Assembly: GCA_018304505.1 (NCBI GenBank)
Contig: JAGVWA010000001.1
Span: forward strand, 85,960 to 149,959
DNA from: Nanobdellati archaeon
GTDB lineage: Archaea; B1Sed10-29; JAGVWA01
Length of the DNA stretch: 64,000 nucleotides
Direction: 5' to 3'
Position numbers and translations under genes: made by a program. The notes under the pieces are model-generated. The model saw only the letters and a list, made by a program, of their open reading frames with translations. It made no database searches and had not been told where the DNA came from. This document shows, one piece after another, positions 48,919 to 58,734 of the stretch (its first letter is position 1; every line of letters begins with the position of its first letter).

Positions 48919-51192
48919 ATGACGAAGCTAATCAGGTTCTACAATGAAATCGGTAAAGATGACGGAGACATGGTTGGGGGCAAGAACGCCAACCTAGGAG
49001 AAATGATAAACAAAACCAAGGTGCCCGTGCCAGAATTCTTCGCAGTCACTGCAAACGCATACAGGTATTTTATTCACGAGAATCAGCTGCAAAAGAAAAT
49101 AGACGCACTGCTCAAGGAAATAAAAGATCCAAACGACACGAAAACACTTGCCATGACCGGGAAACAAATAAGAGCCCTCATTGTAAAAGCCAAGATACCG
49201 CGCAAGCTAAAGGAGGAAATCCAAAATGCATACATCCAACTTGGAAGGCTCACGGGAAAACCAGAACCCTATGTCGCGGTTCGTAGCTCAGCAACTGCCG
49301 AGGACCTCCCCGACGCGAGCTTCGCGGGGCAGCAGGAAACCTACTTGAACGTCAAAGGCAACTCACAAGTTATACAAAAGGTCAAGGAATGCTACGCTTC
49401 ACTGTACACAGACCGTGCCATATTCTACAGGATACAAAAGGGCTTTGAGCACTCAAAGGTAGCGCTGAGCGCAGCTGTTCAATTAATGGTGAATTCAAAA
49501 GCGGCAGGCGTAATGTTCACGCTCGACGTGCGCAACGGAAAAACAGATGTTGTGATGCTTGAGGGATCATGGGGCCTAGGCGAGCTGGTTGTCCAGGGAA
49601 CAGTAACACCGGACGACTTTTTCATAGACAAAAAAACACTCAAGATAAAAGAGAAACACATCGGCAGGAAGGACAAGCAGCTCATCCGCGACTTAAAGAA
49701 AGGAAACGTCATCAAAAAAATTCCCGAGAAAATGCAGAAAGCGCAGGTATTAAATGACAAACAGGTCAAGCAGTTCGCAAAGTACGCCATTGCACTGGAA
49801 AAACACTACAAGCACCCGCAGGATTCGGAGTGGGCCATAGACACGGATTCAAACAAGTTATACATCACCCAGACGCGCCCTGAGACCGTATGGAGTTTGA
49901 AGAAAAAAGGAAAGGCTGCCGAGGAAGTCAAAGGTAAGATACTCTTAAACGGGCAGCCTGCAAGCCCGGGAGTAGGCTCAGGGGTAGTAAAAATCGTTCA
50001 CTCGATTAAAGAGCTCTCAAAAATCAATCCTGGTGACATTCTCGTTGCCAGCATGACAAGCCCTGACATGGTGCCTGCAATGAAAAAAGCCTCTGCGATA
50101 ATAACTAACGAAGGCGGCGCGACTAGCCATGCTGCTATCGTTTCCAGGGAATTAGGAATACCCTGCGTAGTCGGCACTGGCATCGCGACAAAGAACCTGA
50201 AGGATAACCAGCAAGTAACGGTAGACGGAAACAGGGGAAACGTGCTCGAGGGAATCATAACCGTTGCAGCTGCTGAAAAACTCGTGGTGCCGAAGGGCCT
50301 CAAGACAAAGACGAAGATTTATGTGAACATGGGCGTGCCAGAGATTGCAGATACAGTGGCGAAGAAACCATGCGACGGCGTTGGATTAATGCGAATGGAG
50401 TTCATCCTCGCGGCCTACATCAAGGAACACCCCCTCTCACTCATTGAAAAAGGAAAGGAAAAGGAATTCATAAACAAGCTCACCAACGGCATTGAAATAG
50501 TGGCAAAGGCCTTCTATCCTCGCGAAGTAATCCTGCGCTTCTCGGATTTTAAGACAAACGAATACCGCAAATTAAAAGGTGGAGAGAAATACGAACCAGA
50601 AGAAGAGAACCCAATGCTTGGCTGGCGAGGCTGCTCTCGATATTACTCTGGAGAGTACATCGAGGCGTTCAAGCTAGAAATCGAGGCTATCAAAAAAGCA
50701 CGCAAGAAGTACAAGAACATCTACGTAATGCTGCCTTTCGTCAGAACACTAGATGAAATAAAGAAAGTTAAAAAGATAATGAAAGACGAGGGCCTCGAAA
50801 GGTCAAAGAATCTAAGGTTGTACATGATGGCCGAAATCCCAAGCAACATCTTCCTCGCAGACAAGTTTGCAAAAGAGGTAGACGGATTCAGCATCGGCAG
50901 CAATGACTTAACACAACTCATACTCGGTGTTGACAGGGACTCGGAAACGCTTGCAAAACTCGGCTTGTTTAATGAAAACAATGAAGCTGTTAGAAGAGCA
51001 ATTGCGCAGTTGATAAAAACAGCGCACGCAAACAAAGTCACTGTAGGGATTTGCGGCCAGGCCCCAAGCAATTACCCTGACTTCGCCATGTTCCTGGTCG
51101 ACAAAGGAATCGACTCAATATCGCTAAACGCGGACGCGGTGGAAAAAGTCAAGCTTCTTGTTTTTGAGCGAGAAAAGAAAAAGAGGAAATAA
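48919..51192 (+). CDS. ppsA: phosphoenolpyruvate synthase
   Basis: VGGKNANLGE, AVRSSATAED, TSHAAIVSRE, SIGSNDLTQ. Confidence 0.96.
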   Translation: MTKLIRFYNEIGKDDGDMVGGKNANLGEMINKTKVPVPEFFAVTANAYRYFIHENQLQKKIDALLKEIKDPNDTKTLAMTGKQIRALIVKAKIPRKLKEEIQNAYIQLGRLTGKPEPYVAVRSSATAEDLPDASFAGQQETYLNVKGNSQVIQKVKECYASLYTDRAIFYRIQKGFEHSKVALSAAVQLMVNSKAAGVMFTLDVRNGKTDVVMLEGSWGLGELVVQGTVTPDDFFIDKKTLKIKEKHIGRKDKQLIRDLKKGNVIKKIPEKMQKAQVLNDKQVKQFAKYAIALEKHYKHPQDSEWAIDTDSNKLYITQTRPETVWSLKKKGKAAEEVKGKILLNGQPASPGVGSGVVKIVHSIKELSKINPGDILVASMTSPDMVPAMKKASAIITNEGGATSHAAIVSRELGIPCVVGTGIATKNLKDNQQVTVDGNRGNVLEGIITVAAAEKLVVPKGLKTKTKIYVNMGVPEIADTVAKKPCDGVGLMRMEFILAAYIKEHPLSLIEKGKEKEFINKLTNGIEIVAKAFYPREVILRFSDFKTNEYRKLKGGEKYEPEEENPMLGWRGCSRYYSGEYIEAFKLEIEAIKKARKKYKNIYVMLPFVRTLDEIKKVKKIMKDEGLERSKNLRLYMMAEIPSNIFLADKFAKEVDGFSIGSNDLTQLILGVDRDSETLAKLGLFNENNEAVRRAIAQLIKTAHANKVTVGICGQAPSNYPDFAMFLVDKGIDSISLNADAVEKVKLLVFEREKKKRK

Positions 51193-51194
51193 AA

Positions 51195-52409
51195 ATGGTA
51201 CAGACAATAGCAAAACGCGTACTAGAGATAAAGGCATCTCCAATAAGGCGCATAGCAGCCATGATCGAGAAGGCAGCGCACGATCCAAACATCATAAGCT
51301 TCGGGGGCGGGGCTCCAAGCCTAGCGCCGCCGCAGGAAGTCACCGACTACTTATGCGACCTGATGAAAAAACGCCGACAGTGGGCCACGAGTTATACAAG
51401 CACGCAGGGCATCTCGGAATTGATTTCGGAAATCAGGCACCTACTTAAACGCGAAGAGAAAGTGAATCTTGAATCGGAAGAAAACATCACAATTACCTCT
51501 GGGGGAACAGAAGGCTTGCTGCTGTCGATGTTTGCGCTGGTCAACCCAGGGGAAGAGGTCATCATAACAGACCCGACCTATGTCGGATACAACCAGCCCA
51601 TACTGCTTGCCGGCGGCGTGCCGAAAACCATTCCGCTTCATTATGACGAGGACTACCAGTTCTCCGGCGAGGACATTGAAAAAATCGTGACAAAGAAAAC
51701 CACTGCCGTGCTTGTGTGCGACCCCGACAATCCAACAGGCAGGGTTTTGGAAAAGGACAACATGAAATCAATAGTCGACGTGTGCGAAGACAAGAAGCTC
51801 TGGCTCATCACCGACGATGTATACAAAGACATACTTTACGACGGCCGCAAATTCGTAAACTGGCGCACCTATGGTTCAGGGGATAACATCATAAGCTGCT
51901 GCAGCTTTTCAAAATCAGGCAGCTTGCCGGGCATCAGGCTTGGGTATAACTATGGCCCACGCAACGTTGTTAATGAAATGCAAAAACTGAAACAGTTCAC
52001 GTCTCTTTGTTCGAGCAAGACCGCGCAATTGATGGCGCTCAAGCTGATAGAAAACAAGGGAAAGATCAAAAATGAGTACGTTTCAAAAACCGTCATTCCC
52101 ACTTATGAAAAACGCAGGGATGCGATGATGAAGCAATTCCAAGAACAGTTGCCAGATGCGGGAATCAGCAAGCCAAAAGGCGCATTTTACTTCTTTGCAA
52201 ACATGTCGAACTACTATGACTTCAAGAAGCACCCTGACTCAGAGATTGCAGATAAGCTATTTGCAGAAAAGAAGACCGTCCTAATTCCTGGCCAGGGCTT
52301 TGGGGAAACTTCAAAAAATCACCAACGCTTTACCTTTGTCTCCGAAAACGAGGAACGCATCGCTGAAGGTATGCAGCGCATTAGCAAATTTTTCGACAGC
52401 TTGAAGTGA
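51195..52409 (+). CDS. class I/II PLP aminotransferase
   Basis: PDNPTG, DDVY, SFSKS..PGIRLG. Confidence 0.92.
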   Translation: MVQTIAKRVLEIKASPIRRIAAMIEKAAHDPNIISFGGGAPSLAPPQEVTDYLCDLMKKRRQWATSYTSTQGISELISEIRHLLKREEKVNLESEENITITSGGTEGLLLSMFALVNPGEEVIITDPTYVGYNQPILLAGGVPKTIPLHYDEDYQFSGEDIEKIVTKKTTAVLVCDPDNPTGRVLEKDNMKSIVDVCEDKKLWLITDDVYKDILYDGRKFVNWRTYGSGDNIISCCSFSKSGSLPGIRLGYNYGPRNVVNEMQKLKQFTSLCSSKTAQLMALKLIENKGKIKNEYVSKTVIPTYEKRRDAMMKQFQEQLPDAGISKPKGAFYFFANMSNYYDFKKHPDSEIADKLFAEKKTVLIPGQGFGETSKNHQRFTFVSENEERIAEGMQRISKFFDSLK

Positions 52410-52415
52410 AGATTC

Positions 52416-53714
52416 ATGAAAGAGATCAACAGGCAGAGCTTGACTTACGAAGCCGGCACTTACGGCGTTTACTTCGCGCTAACATACGCCATGATAACGA
52501 TATTCGCCCTGGCCATTGGCGCATCCAGGACTGAAATCGGAATAATCAGCGCCATACCATTTATTGCCTTGCTGCTGAGCCAAATTCCCGGGTTGCAATT
52601 GTTACAGGGGTTCAAGCGCAAATTCATTATCGTGGCCTTCGACATTATCGAAAGAGCACTATGGATTGGGGTAGGCGTGCTCCTAATTATTGGCTTTAAG
52701 CTCAACGTAGTGAGCTTCATGGTTCTGCTTTTCCTAATGACATTCAACGCCGGCTTAGTCAGCCCGTCATTTAATTCGCTTTTCGGTGACGTCATTTCAA
52801 AACCATACAGGGAGGACGTTTTGAGCAAGCGACAAATACTCGGCAGTGGCCTCGGGATCATTGCCACGCTTTTCGGCGCCTACTTCCTTGACCTGTTTCC
52901 ATCAGATAACTTTAGTGGTTTTGGCTTCCTCCTCATTGCAGGCACCTTGTTTGGTTATCTAACAATCTACTTCCTAAGCAGGATACAAGAACCGATGCTA
53001 AAAGAAGACTCAACTCAACCATTGTCGAGAAAACTGGCAACGACCCCACGGTTTAAGAAACTCCTCATATACATGGGCGTTTTCAATTTCGCGTTCATGT
53101 TCAACTCTCCATTTATTACGGTCTTCAGGATCCAAGAACTCGGCGTAAGCAATGGCTTCATTCTTTTTCTTGCAGCTATAGGTGCCGTTTTCACAATTTT
53201 TGGGTCAAGGCACTGGGCGGTTATTGGCAAACGGTTCGGGGACAAATCCGTACAGGTAATAACCACATCAGTTATCGCCATAACTCCGCTGCTGAACCTC
53301 TTGGTGCCTCCTGACAAGGCCCTTTGGCTCATACCCGTAGAGATCATCGCGTACTTCTTCTTCGCAGGCGTCACATTATCAGGGTACAATCTGTTCCTGG
53401 GAATGAGTGACTCTAAACACCGGGCTACCCAGACAGCTTTGTTGAATGTTGTAATCAGCATATCCCTAATAATTGCCCCCATACTGGCAGGCATCATATC
53501 TGACGAAGTCATTCTGCTTGGCTTTGGTGGGTCTGCACTCGTATTAGTGCTTGGGTCAGTAATGCGGGCCTTCACACTGCTGTTCCTGCTGCCGATTAAA
53601 GAACCACAGATGCTCGAAGAAGAAGACCACTTCGACAAAGTGCTCATGGCGTCACTGCATTTTCAGCACAATGGAGGCCTGCGCACCTTTAAAAAGCTGT
53701 TGCACAGGGGCTAA
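52416..53714 (+). CDS. MFS transporter
   Basis: About 12 TM; MFS-like loop motifs. Confidence 0.85.
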   Translation: MKEINRQSLTYEAGTYGVYFALTYAMITIFALAIGASRTEIGIISAIPFIALLLSQIPGLQLLQGFKRKFIIVAFDIIERALWIGVGVLLIIGFKLNVVSFMVLLFLMTFNAGLVSPSFNSLFGDVISKPYREDVLSKRQILGSGLGIIATLFGAYFLDLFPSDNFSGFGFLLIAGTLFGYLTIYFLSRIQEPMLKEDSTQPLSRKLATTPRFKKLLIYMGVFNFAFMFNSPFITVFRIQELGVSNGFILFLAAIGAVFTIFGSRHWAVIGKRFGDKSVQVITTSVIAITPLLNLLVPPDKALWLIPVEIIAYFFFAGVTLSGYNLFLGMSDSKHRATQTALLNVVISISLIIAPILAGIISDEVILLGFGGSALVLVLGSVMRAFTLLFLLPIKEPQMLEEEDHFDKVLMASLHFQHNGGLRTFKKLLHRG

Positions 53715-54592
53715 GAAACGATAATTCCCGCTCCAACAATTCTCTGTTTTTTGCCTGGGTCAAACACAACAACCATATCATCATCGTTATATGCAAGCCC
53801 TTTCTCGGTCTTTACGGTGCTGTTTTCAAACTCTCCTTGCACGTACTGCAAGCCAAGGCCGACCATGACTTTTTTGGGCACCTCGTCCTGGTAAAATGGA
53901 TTTTTTCTAAATTCGATTTTGAATTCGCTTGCAGACTTGGCCTTTCCAATGACACTGCCCCTACTACACTCGTTTTCATCAGTGCCCTTTAGCGACAAGC
54001 CCACCCTGTCGCCAGCATTGGCTCCTTCATATTCCTTGTCGTGGATCTGAATCGACTTTATCGTGACTTCTTTTTCTGCAGGATGAAGCATAAGCTTGTC
54101 GTATTTCTTTATTGTGCCTTGTTTTAGGTATCCGAGGACAACGAAGCCCACGCTCTTTACGTTGAACGAGTGGTCAATAACCACCATGGGATCGCCCTCA
54201 GATTTCTGTGCTGACAGTTCTTTTGTTTTGTCTATGAGCTTTGGAACGTCATTTTCCATGAACTCATAAGTTGATGCCACGTTGCCTTTAAGCAAAGGCT
54301 CGACTTGCTCCCTAACAACGCCTTCTAGCACAATGATCCCCTTGTCTTTCTTTAGGAAGTCAATCAACAACAGGGTCTCTGCAAGCTGAAAATTCATGGC
54401 CTTCGGCGTCAGGTACAGTATGACCGCGTCGCTCATTGCTACCGCAGTGTACAAGCTCTGGACCTTGTCAGGATACGTTTCAGGCTCGACAAAGCTATCT
54501 CTACGGGCATTATACAATGTTATATCCGTGCTTGTTCCCTTTTTACCAAATTCTTTAGCCAGGCCTTTTTCGCCCAGCACGCTGAATATCAT
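53711..54592 (-). CDS. EF-Tu/SelB-like protein with degenerate GTPase domain
   Basis: GKKGTSTDITLYN, IDHSFNVKSVG.V.LG, IKSIQIHD, GDRVGLSLKG. Confidence 0.8.
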   Translation of the reverse strand: MIFSVLGEKGLAKEFGKKGTSTDITLYNARRDSFVEPETYPDKVQSLYTAVAMSDAVILYLTPKAMNFQLAETLLLIDFLKKDKGIIVLEGVVREQVEPLLKGNVASTYEFMENDVPKLIDKTKELSAQKSEGDPMVVIDHSFNVKSVGFVVLGYLKQGTIKKYDKLMLHPAEKEVTIKSIQIHDKEYEGANAGDRVGLSLKGTDENECSRGSVIGKAKSASEFKIEFRKNPFYQDEVPKKVMVGLGLQYVQGEFENSTVKTEKGLAYNDDDMVVVFDPGKKQRIVGAGIIVS

Positions 54593-54633
54593 GCAAGTCT
54601 TATAAATAGCAAAGAATAAAATAACTTCTGAAC

Positions 54634-54891
54634 AGTCCCTTAGTCTAGTGGCCATATTGCTATCGCAAGATGCAATTCCATAGAAGGATGACAGGCTCTG
54701 AACCTGTAGACGGCGGTTCGAAACAAGGGACTTCGTCCCCTTGACCCCTGAAAAAACCCACTAGGGTTTTTTCGGGCTTGACAAACGCGCAAGCGTTCTG
54801 TCAAGTCCTGAAATGCCACCCTCGCCTTGGGGCGAAGTGCCATAGTTTCTAGGGGAAGACGAGGCCCTTTGCGAATGTCCGCCAGGGACTA
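54634..54891 (+). tRNA. tRNA-Gln(CTG) with introns 54654-54683 (D-loop) and 54723-54877 (59/60)
   Basis: Acceptor AGTCCCT/AGGGACT; BHB GTGG/CCAT and TTCG/CGAA. Confidence 0.88.
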
Positions 54892-54932
54892 TACACCCCA
54901 TATAAAACATTACACGGAGATGAAACAAAAAC

Positions 54933-55109
54933 ATGGCAGTAGAATTCGGAGAATTTAAGGGAAACAAAATCATAAAGCTGAAGCGCGACGACCAGGACCC
55001 ATACCCATTCAGCTTCGGGAAAAACAAGGCGAAACTGATAGTAGAAAATTTTGAAGACATCAAGAAGTTCGCAGAGGAAGCGGGAACCGAGGAAGCTGGG
55101 GCAGAGTGA
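54933..55109 (+). CDS. small conserved-looking hypothetical protein (58 aa)
   Basis: MAVEFGEFKGNKIIKL..DD.DPYPFSFGKNKAKLIVENFEDIKKF. Confidence 0.7.
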   Translation: MAVEFGEFKGNKIIKLKRDDQDPYPFSFGKNKAKLIVENFEDIKKFAEEAGTEEAGAE

Positions 55110-55126
55110 CCTGGCCGCCCTTTGTT

Positions 55127-55231
55127 GGGCCCGTGGTCTAGTGCTTTCCCGTCTCACGGGCGGGGAGCGGAAAACGGCATGACGCTGCTTTCACAGAGCA
55201 GAGATCAGGAGTTCAAATCTCCTCGGGCCCA
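55127..55231 (+). tRNA. tRNA-Val(CAC) with intron 55142-55174 (15/16)
   Basis: Acceptor GGGCCCG/CGGGCCC; anticodon stem CTGCT/AGCAG. Confidence 0.88.
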
Positions 55232-55274
55232 TCACACCTTTTATAGTACAAAATGCATAAAGTAAAAGGTACGC

Positions 55275-56177
55275 ATGAACTTTAGGAACAGAAACTTTGT
55301 TTCTTTACACGATTTTTCAAAAGAAGAAATAGAACATGTGTTTAAAACAGCAGATTCTATTCATGAAAAAAAAGATATCTGCGCAGGGAAAATTCTTGCA
55401 ACCTTATTTTATGAACCAAGCACTAGAACAAGACTTAGTTTTGAAAGCGCAATGCATCGACTTGGAGGAAATGTAATAGGCTTTACAGATATAGCAACAA
55501 CAAGTGTAAAAAAAGGAGAAACAATTGCTGACACTGGACGAAGTGTAGAATGTTATTCAGATATTATTGTTTTAAGACATCCTGATGATGGTGCAGCAAA
55601 GATAATGGCGGATTATACAAAAGTTCCCATAATAAACGGGGGGGATGGAAGCCATCAACACCCAACACAGACTTTACTAGATATGTACACCATAAGACAG
55701 GAACTTGGAAAATTAAAAGGATTAAAAATCGGGATATGCGGGGATTTAAAGTATGGAAGAACAGCACACTCACTAGCAGAAGGCCTCTCATTGTATAATA
55801 ATGAATTTATCTTTGCTTCACCAGAAGAGTTAAAACTCCCAGACTATGCTAAAAGAAAACTCGATGAAAAAAACATAAAATATGAAGAAAAAAGAGAACT
55901 AAAAGATACTTTAGACGTTGATGTATTATACATGACAAGAATACAAAAAGAAAGATTCCACGATCCAATAGAATATGAACGAGTGAAAAATAACACAATA
56001 CTAACAAAGGAACTCGGACAAAAAACAAATGCACTGATAATGCACCCATTGCCACGAGTAAATGAAATCGCTTATGAAATAGATGAAAAACAAAACGCAG
56101 CATACTTTCGACAAATGAAATACGGTGTAACCGTAAGAATGGCATTAATATCATTATTACTAGGTGTTGTTGAATGA
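55275..56177 (+). CDS. pyrB: aspartate carbamoyltransferase catalytic subunit
   Basis: FYEPSTRT, HPTQTLLD, GDLKYGRT, HPLPR. Confidence 0.96.
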   Translation: MNFRNRNFVSLHDFSKEEIEHVFKTADSIHEKKDICAGKILATLFYEPSTRTRLSFESAMHRLGGNVIGFTDIATTSVKKGETIADTGRSVECYSDIIVLRHPDDGAAKIMADYTKVPIINGGDGSHQHPTQTLLDMYTIRQELGKLKGLKIGICGDLKYGRTAHSLAEGLSLYNNEFIFASPEELKLPDYAKRKLDEKNIKYEEKRELKDTLDVDVLYMTRIQKERFHDPIEYERVKNNTILTKELGQKTNALIMHPLPRVNEIAYEIDEKQNAAYFRQMKYGVTVRMALISLLLGVVE

Positions 56178-56596
56178 TGAGAATGGTTGAAAACATCAAA
56201 CAAGGAACTGTAATAGATCACATACCTAGTGGAAAAGCATTAGATTGCTTAGACCTACTATGTTATAATAACAAAACAAGATTATTCATGGCAGTAAATG
56301 TTCCTTCAAATAAAATGATTAGTAAAGATATACTAAAACTTGAAAACGTATTCTTATCAGAAGATGAAATTAATAAAATAGCAATAATTGCACCAATAGC
56401 GACCGTATCAATTATAGAAAATGAAAAAATAGTTAAAAAGTTTAAAGTTGAACTTCCAAATCAAATTAAAAACTTTCAAAAATGTGTTAATCCAAAATGT
56501 GTAACTAATACTGAACATTATTTGCAACCATTACACAATGTTAATAAAAAAAGAAATGCACTAGAATGTGCTTATTGTGAAAGAACATTGCATTAA
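56174..56596 (+). CDS. pyrI: aspartate carbamoyltransferase regulatory subunit
   Basis: GTVIDHI, CVNPKCVT, CAYCE. Confidence 0.95.
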   Translation: MMRMVENIKQGTVIDHIPSGKALDCLDLLCYNNKTRLFMAVNVPSNKMISKDILKLENVFLSEDEINKIAIIAPIATVSIIENEKIVKKFKVELPNQIKNFQKCVNPKCVTNTEHYLQPLHNVNKKRNALECAYCERTLH

Positions 56597-56685
56597 AGAT
56601 GCTTTGCCATATACGAAAACATAAACTTCCCTGGAAAAGCAGAAGCTGTTTTTATAAAGGGACAGGTACAATAATAGAGACTAAT

Positions 56686-56872
56686 GTCCCGTTAGTCTAG
56701 TGGCCATCTGCTGCCTCTTCACTGGGGAGCAGCAGGCCAAGAGGATCTCGCCCTCTCATACCTCTCCTACCGAATTGGGGGGTGGGGTGAAGAAAGGCGG
56801 GGACGCGGGTTCAAAGCGCAACGAGTTAGGCTCATTGGCCTTTCTCCTGCGGAGAAAATCCCGCACGGGGCA
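56686..56872 (+). tRNA. tRNA-Glu(CTC) with three introns: 56707-56741, 56759-56794, 56816-56858
   Basis: Acceptor GTCCCGT/ACGGGGC; cloverleaf restored after removing D-loop, 37/38 and 59/60 inserts. Confidence 0.85.
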
Positions 56873-56925
56873 TTACTGGCCTGCCGAAAGGCGGTCGCGA
56901 ATCACCCCTACGCAATCGGGTAAGA

Positions 56926-56938
56926 CCGCACGGGGCAT
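56926..56938 (+). repeat. tRNA-Glu 3'-end copy (CCGCACGGGGCAT)
   Basis: Identical to 56861-56873. Confidence 0.75.
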
Positions 56939-57136
56939 AGCAATGGCTTCAGCCATTGCATTTCGGCTTGCACATTCGATAGCACTATGCTTTTGAGCGA
57001 AGCGAACGGCATGTCAGAATATCTGCTCGAAAGCGGACACGCCCGACGGGGCGTTCCATGCATGTTCTAATTCCGCAAGGAAGGATTATATACTCCAAAA
57101 CTGATAATATATCCAACATAAGCGGTGATTTAGTAT

Positions 57137-57292
57137 ATGGCAAAACCGATATCTCAAACTCCAACATTAACTGGGAAAATGGCTGATGAATTCATAAAAC
57201 AAATGCTAAAAAAACCAACATCCACAAGAATACAACAGCTACGTCGAACATACAGCAAAATATTCAGACCCCCTTACATAAAAAACTTCTAA
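57137..57292 (+). CDS. small putative antitoxin (51 aa)
   Basis: MAKPISQTPTLTGKMADEF pattern; GGTGA SD; upstream of GNAT. Confidence 0.65.
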   Translation: MAKPISQTPTLTGKMADEFIKQMLKKPTSTRIQQLRRTYSKIFRPPYIKNF

Positions 57293-57316
57293 AGCAAATC
57301 CACGCGAGCAAAAACA

Positions 57317-57952
57317 ATGTCCCCATCACGACCTTCAAACACGGAGTTCATAGAAAATTTATAAATTCGCCCACTAACAGACGAAAACAAACACTTAATA
57401 AACACTTTTGAGAGCACAGACAAAGGACTAAACAACTGGCTAAGGGAAAATGCACTTGAGGGCCAAGATCGCCTAATCTCAAAAACATTCATGGTAATGC
57501 ACCCCGAACATGGTTGCGTCGGCTACTTCTCTCTTTTAACAGACAGTATAAACCTAAAGCCAAACAAAGAACTAAAACAAAAATGGGAATCAAAAGGTAT
57601 TAGATTCAATGCCCTACCCGCATTAAAAATAGGGCGGCTCGCAACCCACAAGGATCATGAGGGTAAAGGCATAGGCCGAACAATGATAGCAAACATACTA
57701 CTCGCTGTACTAACTTCCATCATACCTAAAGCAGGATGCAGATACATAACAGTAGATGCACTACCAAACGCTGTCCAGTGGTATGAACAACTCAAGTTCA
57801 AAAAACTTGAAAAAGCAAAAGAACACCAACACAATGTAGCAATGTATCTCGATCTTGAAGAGTTATTCACTGCATTCATCAACAAAATAAAAGAGACTGT
57901 GGGCGATCAGGGGCATGCCAGCACGGGGCATCCGCCTTTTTATTATCCATGA
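57317..57952 (+). pseudogene. GNAT toxin with premature TAA at 57362
   Basis: In-frame upstream F.S....LNNWLRENAL, then GYFSL, PALKIGRLA, G.GIG, GCRYITVDA. Confidence 0.75.
57921..57931 (+). repeat. distal tRNA-Glu 3'-end copy (GCACGGGGCAT)
   Basis: 11-nt direct repeat closing the GNAT cassette. Confidence 0.6.
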
Positions 57953-57966
57953 TACTGAAATACATC

Positions 57967-58674
57967 ATGGCTGAAAACCAAAAGCTCACAAGATTCGACA
58001 CAGGAATTGACAAGCTTAACAAAATGTTATCAGGGGGTTTTCCAGAGGACTCTGTAATCATGCTGCTCGGCCCGCCCGGCATTGGCAAGTCAAGTTTTTG
58101 CATGCAAGCCGCATACCGCAATGCAGTGAAAGGAACCAAAGTGCTTTACTTGACGACGGGCGCATCTCCCGAATCAGTAAAAGAAACCATGAAGGAATTC
58201 GGTTTCAACTTGCAGCAGAACGAGAAGAACATAATTTTCATTGACGGCTACTCGTGGCGCGAAGGCTCAAGGAAAAATGAAAATGCGGGCTACGTGCTGA
58301 AGAACATGACCAACCTAACAGAAGCCATAGTCATTATTAAAAAGGCTCTTTCAGATAACGATTTTAAAAATGGTTTAGTAATAGTCGATTCTGCTTCTGA
58401 TTTTGTTATGTATGCGGACAAGAGGCCATTGTTCAAGTTCTTCCAAATCCTCATCGCCGAAATAAGAGAGAATCCAAAAACGATCGGCCTGATCAGTATT
58501 GAAGAAGGCATGCATGACTTAAAGGACGTTTCAACCATAACTTATCTGGCTGATGGCGAATTACAATTCGAGTTTAATGGTGAAAATAGGTTTTTCAAAG
58601 TTAACAAAATGGCACAGACCCATCACACGCTAGACCCGATAAACTTCGAGATAAACAAAGGCAAAGTCGTGTAA
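57967..58674 (+). CDS. KaiC-like ATPase
   Basis: TGIDKLN, GPPGIGKS, FIDGYSW, YLADG. Confidence 0.88.
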   Translation: MAENQKLTRFDTGIDKLNKMLSGGFPEDSVIMLLGPPGIGKSSFCMQAAYRNAVKGTKVLYLTTGASPESVKETMKEFGFNLQQNEKNIIFIDGYSWREGSRKNENAGYVLKNMTNLTEAIVIIKKALSDNDFKNGLVIVDSASDFVMYADKRPLFKFFQILIAEIRENPKTIGLISIEEGMHDLKDVSTITYLADGELQFEFNGENRFFKVNKMAQTHHTLDPINFEINKGKVV

Positions 58675-58734
58675 TGATTCGGCATGCACACAATCACCAC
58701 ATTGTTTAATAATCGTGGCTGCTTCTAGAAAACA

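Noticed and set aside
53711-54592. True SelB implying selenocysteine use
   Set aside because: No G1 P-loop and too short; it fits the SelB-like family.
54761-55157. ORFs overlapping tRNA loci (also 38124-38423, 56700-56996 and the 5' parts of 44790 and 44686)
   Set aside because: Explained by intron-containing tRNAs.
36958-57364. Stop-codon reassignment explaining in-frame stops in hicA and GNAT
   Set aside because: TAG and TAA terminate many intact genes in this window.
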